The translations under genes and the position numbers were made by a program. Below the pieces are notes generated by a model, which was not told the origin of the DNA, made no database searches, and was given only the letters and a program-made list of their open reading frames with translations. A DNA stretch of 64,000 bases from Adineta vaga (Eukaryota; Animalia; Rotifera): the NCBI GenBank assembly GCA_021613535.1, contig CP075495.1, positions 8,308,001 to 8,372,000 of the forward strand, written 5' to 3'. Below, piece by piece: positions 26,312-41,100 of this stretch. Within the stretch, counting starts at the first letter, position 1, and every line of letters starts with the position of its first letter.

Positions 26312-27325
26312 TTATGAAGTATTTGTTGCAATCGATGTATCACTACCACCAGATACACGTCCTCGACGAGGTGCACGTCTTCTTGGTGATGGAAGAGGAC
26401 GTCGACGCCGGCGACGGCAGCAGCAAAAATAAATACTAATACTACTAAAAATAACAATAACAATAATCAATATGATCAGACCAATAATAAGACTATCAGA
26501 ATTATCCTGTGATGGTTTTTCCTCTGGTGTTTTATTGATATAAACATCTCTAATTGAATCTTCATTCGAGTTGCCATTATTTAATAATGATTTCAATTCT
26601 ATTTCCATATCAGCGATGGATGGTGCAGTATTATCACCGATCTGTTTCAGTGATAAAAATTGTATTTACATAGGAAAAATAATCAACGAAATTACTCTGT
26701 AATAGCAAGTATAAGAGAAGTTCTTCTTTTGAGTTGTCGCCAGACATGGATTTTTCGATGCTGGATATCGTTCTCGACAAAGAATAGGTCGTTCAGTAAA
26801 TGCATAAAACACTGTTGTAAAATTTTCAGTATTACTGATTGATGATTTTCCTCCGATATTTTCGAAATATAGGCTTGATGTCTTCTTGACCTCTTTAATA
26901 TAAACGCCACCAACTGATCCCAAACGTGTCAAATGAAGCTTAAGATCTTTATATACCTTTTTAGGCCTGTGTTTGATGTTAAGATATGTTGTTTCTGTTA
27001 TTTTCGAATTTTTACATTTAGTTTCTGTAAAACGCCATTCTAGTAATGCAATTTTTTCAAGATGATTTTCCGGTAAAAATGAATCCCTATTTGAACATTT
27101 AATATAGCCGAGCTTTTCAATTGAGATATCACGTATTACATGACGTTCATATGGATTGCAACGAATAATAGTCAAACTATTTGTAAATAAAAGATCAATA
27201 ACATAGTTTTCCGGTTTAGGTTTCGACTTTTTTGCCGAACAAGATTTGAAATTAATCATCAAAAGAAAAAGAAAAATGAACTGAAGACTAGAATGGAAAT
27301 ACATAATTGAAAAGATTCTCAACAC
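26312..27325 (-). CDS. Type I single-pass membrane protein of unknown family (2 exons)
   Basis: Hydrophobic signal peptide (LQFIFLFLLMINFKSCSA), Cys-containing ectodomain, short intron (~26695-26643) joining in frame to IGDNTAPSIADMEIE, TM helix LIIGLIILIIVIVIFSSISIYF, then CCCRRRRRR cytoplasmic tail. Start codon is approximate. Confidence 0.75.
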
Positions 27326-28536
27326 AAGAAAATCAAGCGCTTTTTCTTCGTCAAAGAAATTTAAAGTATACTAAATTTGTATGTAATTACACTCTACGTT
27401 TCAATGTACATCTCTCTAATTTCAAGTGTTTATACATCCGTGCATGATTTTATCCCTCCACTCACATCGATACTTGAGAATCGTACTTTTTCTTTTAATA
27501 CATAGTTGAAATATATGCTTTGAAGATGTGGTAAAGGTAAGAATATCTGACAAATAAAAAATTGTCGTAGTTAATTTTAGTTAACAAAAGTAACAGATAT
27601 CATCATTGCTCTTAAATTGAAAATAAACTGCTAAAAATGAGATATTCGTCTATCTATTTCATACAAAATCTCTTCCCTCATCATATTTTATATACTAGTT
27701 TATCGAAAATTGTATATGACGATTTTTATAGCAAAGATGCTTGCAATTATTTTGTTGCACCTATTGGAAACTGGTTATTTACTACTTTTTTTAGCTTCGA
27801 TGACGTCTATAACTGGGGGTAAACAAATGTTACCGAATATTTTAATGAATAGATTTTTCACAGTGATAATATTTTTTGACATATTGTATGAGATAAACAA
27901 AATAGAAACAAGTCAAAGATGTATGATTACCTACCAGTAATAGAACTGATGCAATATTGATCAAATGAATCATCAGTTTTATCTGCTCTTCATACTGTTC
28001 AGAAATACTTTTTTTTCTATTCACTCTTTTCAACAATTATGGATAGTATTTATTTATCCAATTAAGTTTTTCAAGCATTATTTTTCGTTCATCCGACCTT
28101 GATAAATATAAAAATAAAAATAAAAATGAGTGCATTTCTAATAAGCAAGAAATAAACATGATTGATTTGACGTGGGGTATATAGGGCGCAACATACCATC
28201 GTTATTGCATCTATATTCAATAAAATAATCTATTAGTAACCTTTTGCATCAGTGACGTAAGCAAATCTTCATGTCAGCTGATGTTTTTTTATCGAAGATA
28301 TGCACGAAAATTGCAAGTTTTTGTAAAAGTTGAAGGCCATGTTTAAAGTATACAACCTTTTTTTTTGAAAAATATGATGGTAATCAACGAATAAGATTCT
28401 TGACAGGACATTTGTTGATAGCTATTTTCGTTTTGCTTGATTTTCCTTGTATGTATATAAATAGAGAGAAGAAAATCAGAATACATTCATTGATTTCTTC
28501 ACAAGAATCTGTTACGAGTGTGCATACCGTTGCAAG

Positions 28537-30352
28537 ATGAATTGGCAATTGTTGGTCAATTGTTGTTTTCTCCTATCTATGTCATGTTCATGTTTGGCGC
28601 AACAACAACCAGCTGATAGTTCAGCTAATACTAAAACAAGACAAGTTCTTACTTATCTCGCTGGATTACCTCAACAAGGTAATTTTTTTAATGATGAAAT
28701 TTCAACAGATTGAAATTTATATCTATCTGTAGGAAAAGTACTCTCTGGTCAGTTTGCTGGTTATAGTCCGGATACATTCAGTACAAGTAACATTGATCAA
28801 ATCACACAACAAATTGGTCAAACACCAGGCATTCTTGGTTGTGATTGGGCATGTGGTTGGAATTATAAAACACCACCTGAAGATTTAATCAATTATGCAT
28901 GTAATTCTGCATTAAAAACTCATTGGAGTTTAGGTGGTTTAGTTACGGTTAATATGCATTTACCAAATCCTGTTTCATCAAATGGTGGTGGATATAAAGA
29001 TCGATGGAATGTGAATTTTGCTGATCTAACAAATACAGCCACTCAAACTGGTCAACGATGGCGTCTATTTCTTGATCGAATGGCAGCCGGTTTCGACGAT
29101 TTACAACAATCTGGTGTGACTGTTCTATTTCGTCCATTTCATGAAATGAATGGTGAATGGTTTTATTGGGGTAATCAGGTAAGCAAACAAACAAACAAAC
29201 AATGTTCTTTCACTCATCAATAGGATGCACAAACATTCAAAAATGTGTGGATAGATATGTTTAATTATTTGACAAATACAAAGAACTTACACAATCTTCT
29301 TTGGGTTTATTCACCAGATCATAGTCGTGGAAATCGATTGGCTTATTATCCTGGCAGTGCATATGTTGATATTGTTGCACTTGATGTTTACACAGATGAT
29401 CCAGTAAGGAATAGAATTTTGAATTATATTTTTATGTTGATTGTTACTTTTGTTTTAGAATAATATGAATGGATATGATGAAATGATCACTTTAAATAAA
29501 GTTTTTGCTCTTGGTGAAATTGGACCAAGTACAGTCAATAATCAATTTGAATATACTCGCTGGTAATTAGAAACAAAATAAACGATGTTTTTTTTTTCTT
29601 CAAGTATAATATCTGTTGTATTAAGGTTAACTGCTATTGAAACGAAATTCCCTCAAGTGGCTTATTTCTTAGCTTGGAATGATGGTTGGGCACCTATTTC
29701 TAATAAATATGCATGTGCTTTTTATAATCATCATCGAGTAATCAATCGAGATGGAATGAGTTTGAACAATAGTTTAATTACAACAACAACAACAATAACA
29801 ACAACCATTTCAACTACAAGTCAATCGACTGTTTCATCAACAGGTTCAACTACATCTTCAAGTAGCAGTTCATCATCATCTACAACTGTGATTTATAATT
29901 TTTCAAATGGTATTGGTCAATGGCAAGGTGGAAGTGTAAATGGTGGTCCATGGCAATCAAATGAATTTACTTATTCATCAACTGATAGTCTCAAAGCTGA
30001 TGTTCAATTATATCAAGGTGGTAAATCTTCTATATATACAAATCAAGCATCGACATTTACATTTGGTAGTTATCAACGATTAGTTGTTCGTGCTCGAACT
30101 GCTTCATGGGGATTTTCATCGGGTGGTACCATGGGTGCAAAACTTTATATTAAAAGCGGATCATCATGGACATGGTATGATTCTGGTTTGACACAATTAA
30201 ATAGCAATTCAGCCACACAAGTTGTTCTCAATTTGAATACTATTCCATCATCATCACTATCGGATATAAGAGAAGTTGGTGTTGAATTTACTTCAAGTGC
30301 TAATGGTGGACAAACAGCAGTGTATATTGCATATATAACTGCTGAGAATTAA
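28537..30352 (+). CDS. Secreted GH26 endo-beta-1,4-mannanase with S/T linker and C-terminal bacterial mannanase-type carbohydrate-binding module (CBM59-like); 5 exons
   Basis: Signal peptide MNWQLLVNCCFLLSMSCSCLA; GKVLSGQFAGYS, GCDWACGW, RPFHEMNGEWFYWG (acid/base Glu), YYPGSAYVDIVALDVY, KVFALGEIG (nucleophile), YFLAWNDGW. C-terminal AKLYIKSGSSWTWYDSG...DIREVGVEF. Introns 28679-28732, 29179-29223, 29404-29458, 29563-29625. TATA-like box near 28455. Confidence 0.92.
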
Positions 30353-30913
30353 CTTTGATTTTGATAAAAACATCTCCTTCCTACTAACAAATCTTCTCTT
30401 CGCTAACAATAGTAGTTGTATGACATGTACATGTGTATTGCTGTAAAATGATCATATCTCGAGTTTGAATAGTGAAAGAATCCATTTTGCTGAATAAAAT
30501 CAATAAATATCTTTACTTTATTTCGTATTTATCTATTTATAAGACACAATGAGAGAAATAAATGTGATTAAAAAATCGATTTCACATGATTATCTAATTA
30601 GCAAATTGATTACTTATAAAAAATTTCAGTTTGATCAATCGAACGTTTGACTGATGTCGCCAGTTACCGAGGTGATCCATTCTATGCCTCTGTTTTATCC
30701 AACCATAAAGCTTGACACGCTTCTTTTTTCATAAGTAAACAGCTGATTGATCGAAGAATTAGTTCATTTCCATTAGAAATACAAAACACTATTTTGATTT
30801 AGATCTTCATGTTCGTGTTACATTCAATTTTAATTATTAAAATAAGATAAAAGAATTCTTTTTCTTCGCGACGTGTAAATCATAATCGTTTTTTGTGTGA
30901 ATTAATATTCACA

Positions 30914-32605
30914 ATGCCAATGTGGTATTATGAAAAAAAAGATCTCAAATCAACACCATCTATTCTTGAGGGTGTCGATCTTGAAACGGAACAACGTTAT
31001 CGACGAGAAGGTTGTCGTTTTATTCTTGCTCTTGGTGTTCGACTTGGCTTGTAAGTTAGATTAATTCCAAGTTATACGTAATTTTCATTCAAATTTCTTT
31101 AGACGATCGGAAACAATGGGTACGGGTGCTGTTTTTTTTCATCGTTTTTATATGTTTCATTCATTTCGACAATATCCAAGATATGTAAGTGAATAATTTG
31201 GTTTTTTTTTGCATATATTCTTCAATGGATTGCTTTTACTTTTAAGGCAATGGCAACATGTTGTTTATTTCTAGCTGGGAAAGTCGAAGAAACACCGAAA
31301 AAAATTCGTGATATCATGAAAACAGCACGACAAATATTGGAAGGTGCTCGTGAACGTTATATTCCAACATTAGGTGATGAACGAGGAGATTTAATCTTAC
31401 AATATGAACGTATTCTATTGCCGACTGTAAAATTCGATTTTTGTATTGCAAGTCCGTATTCGTTTTTGAAACAATACGCGAAAACAATTATAGGTGATAA
31501 GGAACAAATACGACAAATGTTTCAAATGGCTTGGACATTTGCTAATGACAGGTATGAATTAGTGTTTACACTTTTTTTTCTACTTTGACATAAAATTAAT
31601 CTTATTTTCTTTTTGATAGTTATTGCACAACATTATGCTTACAATGGGAACCAGAAATCATTGCTATAGCGGTTCTGTATCTGGCATGTAAATTATCGAA
31701 ATTTGAAATTACTGATTGGACAAATAAAAAAGAAAATAATAAACAAAAATGGTGGGAACAATTTGTTGATGGTTTAACAAAAGATATTATCGAAGGTTTG
31801 TATTTTTATTTTTGAAAAATATATTCTATGCTGTTTTTTCCAATTAGATATTTGTCATCAACATCTTGATCTTTATTCAAAAGGTGATTTAGCATCACCA
31901 GGAAATGGAACAGTTAATAATACATCAATTATGTTAACACCAACACAAACAAATTCAACAGTCACTTCGCCAATTCAACCTATTCTAATTGAATCGCCGT
32001 CAACATCGCGATCAATACCATCTTCTAAACGAGTATATTTTTATAGGTCATTTTTCTATGATTCATTTGTTTTTTCATTCTACTTGTATTTAGCCAAGAA
32101 ATGATGATGAATCAAATTATCGATCATCACGTAATAATCATCATCATTCATCAAATGTAAATTCAAACAATTCAGGTATCCCAACAAATCCTTCTATTCC
32201 GCCGATACCTTCAGCAACATTGTACCATCATGTATAAGATTTACATTTGTGTTTTTTTCTTATAATCAATTTCATTTTCCTCTCTGCTTTTTCAGACATC
32301 ATCGCACGATGAATTATCTCGACGATCTTTAACTGCACCACCTCCACCACCACCGCCACCGCCACCACCACCACCTCCACCACCACCTCTACCTCCTCAA
32401 TCGACTGCTGTACCACCACATCAAAACTTTTATATGAGGCCGCCAATGCCACCACCAAACATGCCTCCGTAAATAAATTTTTGTTGAAATTTTCATAAAA
32501 TAAACTTATATTTTTCGTTTCAGTATGCCACCATCGATGTTTGCACAAACTCTTCGCGGTCCAATCCCTTCCAGTAATGCATGGCCACCGCTACCACCAA
32601 TGTAG
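30914..32605 (+). CDS. CCNK: Cyclin K (multi-exon, Pro-rich C-terminus)
   Basis: [28 protein letters not shown]; [15 protein letters not shown]; [15 protein letters not shown]; QMAWTFAND; [14 protein letters not shown]; WWEQFV; poly-Pro tail. Confidence 0.93.
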
Positions 32606-35600
32606 CGTGTGCGTGTTTTTTTCTCTTGATTGTCATATGATTATTGTTATACATATATATAATGAAATGTGAAATTTTGTTTTCTTTTTCGTTTCGTTTC
32701 AAACTTATATTCAATCGGGATATAACACTGGTAGACATATATATTGTCTCTTTCAGATTTGTATGGAACATGTCATATCATTTCTTTATCAAGCTATATT
32801 ATTTGGAGTCATTGTTACGTTGTTCAAGTGGAAAAATACCACCTGATCGTCGTGAATAAGATAGCAAAGAAATCAATTTTGGTATTTATCTATTCTTTAT
32901 GTAACAAATTTTTTTAATATTTGACTAGCATCTGTTTTTTTCTAGATGGTGTTTACTTGATCAGTATCGCGAGATATAAATAGTATTAACTGGAAAAGTA
33001 CGTGCTTGTTTGATTAATTTTATCGCTATGCTTTCCTATCGTTAGAATAATTTCTTGTCTATTACGTTTGTTGTATGTTATTCTAGTTTGAGGTTTTATA
33101 TAATTCTTCGATTAACCTTCGCATTTACTAATCTGATGAAATAGATTTCGAGTATCAACCGATGATTATTCAAATGACCTTTTTTCTTTTCTTCTTGTCG
33201 AACGATATAATCAATCGAACTACTGTTTATATCATACGATTAACTACAAACGAAAGGAAGATTGATAAAGGTTATATATATATATAACTAATTATTGTCA
33301 TTCATACAGATGACACGAGTATGGTTGATTGGATATATATTCTTCGTCCTATTTCTTATACAATGATTGAAATTTTGTCTATAGATCTAATCAAATCTAG
33401 ATATTCTATTTATATAAGTAAATGACATTGAACAATGGGGTCAATATTGACTCGAGAAATAAGAACAAATGACCAAGTTGTTATTCTTTCTTTTTAAACT
33501 TGTTAGTGAAAAGATATAAGATGTACAAATGTGCTCATTCTCATACTATCATCTTAGAGTCAAGTTTATTCTCTCGGGAGTTTGCCGTTATCTAAGTATG
33601 CAATATAGAAGATAAAAATTTTCTTCACTCATGAAATCAAAGAGAGAAAAAAGAAACGATTGCATTTACTGATTAATAGCTGTCAACTGGTCGATTTCTT
33701 TCGATCTATGCTAAAAAAATAAATCTTAATCTAACTTTCTACTTCATGCTTTTATGAAAAGTAAAGAAATATGAATTTTCGAAATGTTTTTTAAACACTT
33801 CATACTTCGATATTTTCGATTGTTCGTTATTAGAAGAACCTGAGAGAAAAAAACAAGGCATATGAACTCTAATTATTTGCCTAGCAACATCTGAGAAAGA
33901 AACAGAATACAAGAAAACAATCGTATATAATCTTAGAAAGATTCAATGTAATGCCATTTCATGGTCTTGACATATTCATCACGATCTAATTATATTTCTT
34001 TAAAACCTTTTTTATTTGATATTCTTTAAATGTATGATCAAACATCGGATCTATTTTTTTTTCAACGCAATCTATCGTATTTAGACATATTTTCCAACTT
34101 AATAAAAAAAATACGAAAACAAAATTTCTTTTACATGCCATTTTCATGAGTTAATTAGTCATTTTCCGCATTGATTTTATTAGTAGATAAACAAACTAAT
34201 ATACGCAAATTCCAATGAATCTTGTAAGAAATTTATCTGTATATTAAATCTGATGCTTTTGTATACACTCGAATTTTTTCATAGACGACAACTGATACTT
34301 ACAATAGTCTGTTAAGAAAAGATGAACAAGGCTTCATTTTTTAAGTCTCTGGAATACTATTGATTGAAACTCTTGAAATTTTCGAATCTATTTACTTTTA
34401 TTCTAGAAAAGAAAAACCATTATGTGCGCAGTAAACATTTTATCAGCATAATATCTGCATGCTTTCATTTAAATTCATTTTTAACGATGTTTTTCTTTTA
34501 TAGAATATAAAATAGAGTAGGTTATGTCCTTGACACATATGTATATCGTAGCGACCAAATGAACATTTTATGAGTACATCAATGTATACTACTATTCCTT
34601 CGTCTTTTGCTCTCTTCTTTTTACTTCTGCATTTTCTCTTTTTCTCTCTCTCTTCTCACACATCTTCGTCTTTGAATGCATCTATAGAACATGCGTGCTC
34701 GTTTAGTTGCCTGTTTATTTGCCTTTGTGTACCTCATCGTCAGACGAAAGAGAAAAAAAACGAAAAGGTGTTTTATTCGCATATATAACATAACACACGA
34801 AAGCAGTAAATTCGACAAACATCAAATCGGGTAGATGTATATAAAAGACAAAATAACAACAAAGTCTTTTTAAATAAGACATTCACGTAAGATATAAGAG
34901 TAATATTTAATCATTCATTAGATGTTATTAATCGTCAAAACTGGACATTAGATCTCGGTAAAGTTACTAGCTTATTAGCATTCATCTCGTTGTGTTATAA
35001 CATCGATCATCTGTTAGAAAAAGAAAGAGAACACAGAAAGAAAAAGAGAAAAAAAGAATTGAGTACAAGAAAGAGAATGAAAAAGTATGATTTCTCATAT
35101 GGTAATCATCTATCCAACCTACATAGAGTAACTCGTATATGGCGAAAAAAAATAGGAGAGAAAGGAATGGGTAAACCACAAAGAATAGTGTTACTTATTT
35201 CTTCTATCCAACTAACTCGATGGAAATTGTTATTCTACATAATATACATTTATACATATATATAGTTATATGTGTGTGTATTTATATATTTTTTCTTCAG
35301 ACACAATTTATTTAACAATTCAAAAGATCATATTCAATTTCATCGATTTCTCCTTCGATATTTATGGTTTTACAATCAATTGATTTTAATAAAAACGGTA
35401 AAATATTTACAATAAAAGAAAAGACTCGATCATATTTGTAAATATCTCGTCAGCATCATCTGTTTCATAGAAGAGTATCGTGATGATGTTATGAGCTATG
35501 TGCGCAGTGTTGGTGAGAAAAGAAGAAAGAAAAAACGAGAAGAGCAGAGCCTCGAGCGAACTCTTTCTTTCTTTTTTGCGTAGTACCATTCGTCCGAACA

Positions 35601-36650
35601 TTTACGATGAAAACAGAATACATCCTGCTGTTGCTTCTATTATAACTAATGTTAAACAACGATATATATATATACACTTATCTGTATTTGTATACAACTG
35701 TTTTTGATAAAAAGATTTAACCTCTACATATTCTGTATACTTTTCGAATACGTATGATTCTTTCTTTCTTTCTTTCTTCCTTCAATCTTTTTCTCTAATA
35801 TTAACAAACGTGTACATATGTTGCCTTCAATCTCTAAACACAGCTGGTAATTGTCAAGTCGAGTATACTTTAAACTTTTAGTTTTTATTAGTGATCGATT
35901 CTTTTACTTAGCAAAGTTTGCATTTGATTTGTAAAGAACGAGCGAATTTCTTCTATCCACTTATTTTGAACAAAAGAAATATATGTCTATGTATGTATAT
36001 ATATATGATTACTTCTTGAAGACAATGACACCGAACAAACTTGAAACTATATAGAATGACCCAGCTTTTCAGAAGATTATCTAATCGATATGGTTAGAAT
36101 ATGTTCACATAATCTGGTATAACAATAACCTAAGTATTGTTATTTTGCATAGAAATTTAAGTCAATTCTTTATCTATCCATTTCGAATCTTAAGTCAGTA
36201 TAACTTTTCTTTTATAGTTCTTCCATATATATGCATATATATATATCATCGTCAATAAGAATAACAACAAAAAACAAATGTTGTTATCGTTCTATCTCAA
36301 GGCTAATTTCGGCCATGTGAGCAAATGAAAATAGATAGAGAAAAAAATATGGTAACTTTACTGTCGTCTTATCTGGATGACGAAAACGAAGAGATAAAAA
36401 TAGATTCTCACTAATTGGAGAATATATGTGTGTAGAAAAATGGAAAGAATCGTTCAGTCAGCCGATTATAATATTATACGTCGTCATCTTTGTCCGCTTA
36501 ATACAGACTAGAGATAGAGAAAAAGTGGGACGTACAGAGAAATCTGATGATGCATGTGACGGTAGATCGAACGAAGAATAATGTATTTGTAACAGTGACC
36601 GCACGTAACAGCGACGAGAGTGTCTATAATATACTCTCTATCCCCTCTCT

Positions 36651-36668
36651 GTCTCTCTCTCTCTCTCT
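36651..36668. repeat. (CT)n microsatellite in probable promoter/5'UTR region of the Atos gene
   Basis: gtctctctctctctctct at 36651-36668, near a TGACGTC site and a probable non-coding exon ending CAG|GTGAG at ~36883. Confidence 0.6.
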
Positions 36669-38132
36669 CCTACATTCACTCACTTTATCATCGACTAGAT
36701 GTGAGGTGACGTCTTACAGTCATTTGCACACTCACACCACTTTTATTCTCTTTCTCTTTCTCTTTTGTTCATCATATTAAAATATTAGATTTGTTTTTTT
36801 TCTCTAGCATTAATCTCGTCGACAAAAGACACCAATGGGTTATTGAACATTCTCAGTTGACATTACTAATCTTCGGACATGCAGGTGAGAGAATAAAAAT
36901 ATTAAAGAAATCAATCGACGACAACAATCAAACGCTAGTAGTTGTTATCGTTTTTATCATGATTTCTATTTTAGTCAAAAATTATTAGTAAAAACAGGAA
37001 TTTTTAATATAAGTAAAGATAAGAAAGAAATACGAGCTGACGAACGAGAGAAAAAAAGACTGGTCCATCAATTTCTAATAGAAACTACACATATTCACAC
37101 AAGCACACACATTCATAACTATTAAGAAGAAAAAAGAGAGAACGATATAAAGAAGGAGAACATACACTCAGTCAGTTTGTATTCAATACCCGATTGCTCA
37201 TTTACGATGGATGACAAATAATACTCATGAGTATTCGATGATTTTTCTTCTTCTTTTTTTTTCTTTCATGTCTAAGATAGTTTTCTTTCAACAAGCAACG
37301 ATGAATATTATTTGATCTGACACTTTTTTAATCAATAGAATACTTAAAAATATTCATGAACAACAAAAAAAGAAAACAAATCAACTATTATTAATCTATT
37401 CGAAAGACTATCTTTTAACGTTATCAATTGAAGAAAAACGAGATTGATGATTTCTTTTGAAAGATATTTAGAAATCGAATCAATTTGATAAAATAGTACC
37501 ATCACGCAGTATATATTCATAGACGCGAAATATCAGTATTGATTTAATTGAATAGCATATAATCGAATTAAGATATGTATATTTAATCTTATATTGAAAA
37601 GAATCATCAAAGTGTTAGGAATCGAGTTTTCTTCTATTATGCAAACCACATAGTAGTATATACATAGAACAGAGTAATTATCGATGTGACAAACAACCAA
37701 GCTGATTCTTTTTCTATTGACCAAATCTATGTACCAAATAAACTGATTTCATATTTTCATATTCAAATAGAGAAATATTATATTAAATCAAGTTCTTTCG
37801 TTTCGTTTCTTTTCTTTTCTTTTTTTTTATTGAGAAAGGGGTAAAAAAATAAAATGATATGTTATCGCTTAGAATCTTTTTATTAAATATAATGGCAGAA
37901 AAATAAATGTTCGTGATTACCGACGGCGCAAAAACAATTTTATGATTTTCTCGATGTGCAGTTGAGTGTTAGAACTATCTTCATAGAATAGTTTATCATA
38001 TGATAAAAACAGATTAGAAATTTGGTTGTATCACGAAGACAATCAATTCAATTTTTTTCTCGATTTAGATAACTCGTTGATAACGAGGAATGTTTTATTT
38101 TTTCAATCAAATTCACATCAATATTGTTACTA

Positions 38133-41100
38133 ATGGTTTTCGATACTTCTTCACCACCGACTAGTTCATCATCAACTAGTCGAGTTGTTTCATTTGATCA
38201 TACGTATTGTTCATCACATTCATCAACCATCGAACTTCCATTGTCCGATGAACGAGATCTTTCACAAATTGAAGCGGCGCATAAACATCATCAACCATCG
38301 AAATGGAAAATGATGTCCAAACGTCGACAAAGTTGTGCAAATGATATGTATGCAACAGCAAGTCGATATCATCGATTAAAACCTATAACAACTATGAATC
38401 AATTATCATCATCAGAAGAAATTTCAACATCATCTTCACCTTATTTTACAACTTATGATAAATTTTCTAATACAAAATTTTCTCATGATGATACGAAATA
38501 TTTCTCGAATTCATCTGCTTCAATCACAACACGTCGTTCAACCACAGATTGTAATGATTTAACAAATTTTCATCGACGACCATTGGAACAAAAAAACAAT
38601 ACTTTATTGACAATTGTCGATGAAGAATCACGTGATTCATTATGGCCATCTGCAGGTAAAATTAATAATAAAATTATTAATTGAATTAGTTGAAAAGTAT
38701 TTGTCTTGATATATATTTAGATGAACATCATTTATTAATGCCTACGTCAAGATCTTCCCATATTTCGGATTTATCATCGTCCTCATCTTCATTAGCAATG
38801 TTTTATTCAGATCCTTCAATCAATCCCTGTTCATCCACATCGTCTTTCAATTCACATTCGAACAGTACTGATCTTCATGCAGTATCATCATCTTCCTCTT
38901 CACATTATTCAACGTCAATTTCATTTTATCACAATATTCCTAAAACTCCCAAAACTCTTTCATCACCATCATCATCCTCTGGCTATGAATCAACTATTCC
39001 AACATCAGATTCATCATTAAATTCAATATCTGATCATCTCTTTCTTTCACCACCAGATTCAATTATGATGCCTCCACCACCCGTACCATCTCCTAAACTT
39101 CCATTGAATTCTGATCATAATCTTGTCGAACAATTTATTGATTTACATCTTCAAAAACAAACTTCATTTGATCAAGAAGTTACTTATTCTCCTCCATCTT
39201 CATTTAGTTCAACGTCAAGTTCATTTCTTTCTCAAACACCTATATCAACAATGAATTCCCCAATTTGTTGTCGAAAATGTGTTAATCATGATGATAAAAA
39301 TCAATTATCAAGTGATACTGAAGATGATTCTCAATCAACAACAATTACTCCTAGTTTCGTCCCATTACAACAACAACCACAACAACAACAGCAACAACAA
39401 AATAAACGACCACGAAGTTTACCAATTGCTATTCAACAACCCAAAGGTGTTTCAATCGGTTCTGCTACGATAACAGGAACTAGTACTAGTTATGATGATG
39501 ATGATAATGATGACGATGACTCAGATAATAGTTTACATAATTCACTTTCTTGCCATTGTCCAATGAGTTCTTCTCGAAAGAAACGTTTTCGAACATGTGA
39601 TATTAATCATCAACCGATATTCAATGGAGCAACATCAGCAAATGGTTTATTTTCAGAAAATACACTGATATCAACAACAACCAATAAATTACATATTAAT
39701 TTAAAAGATATCGATGATCAAAAATCTAGTGATCAAACACCAGTCAAACAACAAAAAAATTCTTTAGAACATTTTATTATGAGTCCAACGGATAAAGTTA
39801 AAGTACAAATGAAATATCCACCATTGAACAATGATAAAGAAGGTGATACTAGAAGTGTAAGTAATCGATTGTTGTCTCATCGATGAGTTCTGATCTAGTA
39901 AGTTTCAAATACAAATCATACGATTCGATTAATTTTCTGGAACGTCATGTTAAATCATTGTTTCATGCGAGATTAGCACTTGTCCTTTCTTCTATCATTA
40001 ACATATAAAGTTTGTTATATGATGGTTGCATAAATATGGTTTTTTGTTTTAGAACGAATTGAAAATATCTCAACCTGAAGATATTGATTTTAAACGATCG
40101 AAACAAAAAGCAATTCGTGTACTTTATCAAAATCGACTCAATCTTAACAGTATTCTATCTCCGGTGCCACCTCAAGTACGTTAGAATACTAATTTCATTG
40201 ATGATGATTATTACAGATATATACGTTTCTTTTTTTAGAATATAAATGTACTTCCGTCGAGAGCAGCAGTAAATCATTGTGATTCTCCTTTGGCTAAAAG
40301 AACTGTTAATCCACGTTTATTTCGAAGGTAACATCATATTGTGATGGTTATCTATTTGTAAGAATTCATTATTTTTAGTGTTTTGTCCTGCAGTGTATTC
40401 GAAGCTGATGATGAACATGAAGTGGTATCATCGACGACTATTGCTAAACAAGCCGGTGTAAATGGAACACGTGAAAAGTCCCATATGGAAACATTTAATC
40501 ATTTGCGTAGTAACTTTACTGTAAGAATTTTCTTTATTTCTTCGTTAATATTTTAACTATACGTGCGTTGTCTATCTTCAAGGAATCATTATTACATGGA
40601 AAAATTCTTCCTTGCGGTATACTTGATGGTTTTACACTTAAATTAGGTGCAAGTGGCCTTTTTATGCCTAAACAAGTTGTTTTACCTGTGACAACATTTT
40701 GGTTTAATGTATCTGAACATCAAGCTGCATCACCTTATCTCGTATGAATTTGATTTTCATTATTTTTTTTCATAACAGATTCATAGAACTTTTTCTTTAG
40801 GGTTTCATTAATTTACAATGTTTACCCAAGCGTGGTTATCATACACCAACAAAAGGCACAATTACATTAGCTTTATTGAATCCAAATGGAACAGCTGTTC
40901 ATTTGTTTTTAATCCTATATGATTTCAGTGATATGCCACCTGACCATCGAACATTTATTCGTCAACGAATCGTTCTTATGCCAGAAAATGCCGGTGATGG
41001 TATAAAAACTGAACAAACATCATCATCATCATCATCATCTAAAGGAAGTCTAAGATATTTAGCTCATATTCGGTAGGATCTATTCATTCAATTTCATTTC

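Noticed and set aside
32228-32548. Val-rich minus-strand ORF
   Set aside because: Antisense translation of the cyclin K poly-proline exon.
34570-37724. Numerous 60-90 aa ORFs rich in F/L/S/K/R
   Set aside because: Translations of AT-rich purine/pyrimidine tracts; no consistent splice structure or protein motifs.
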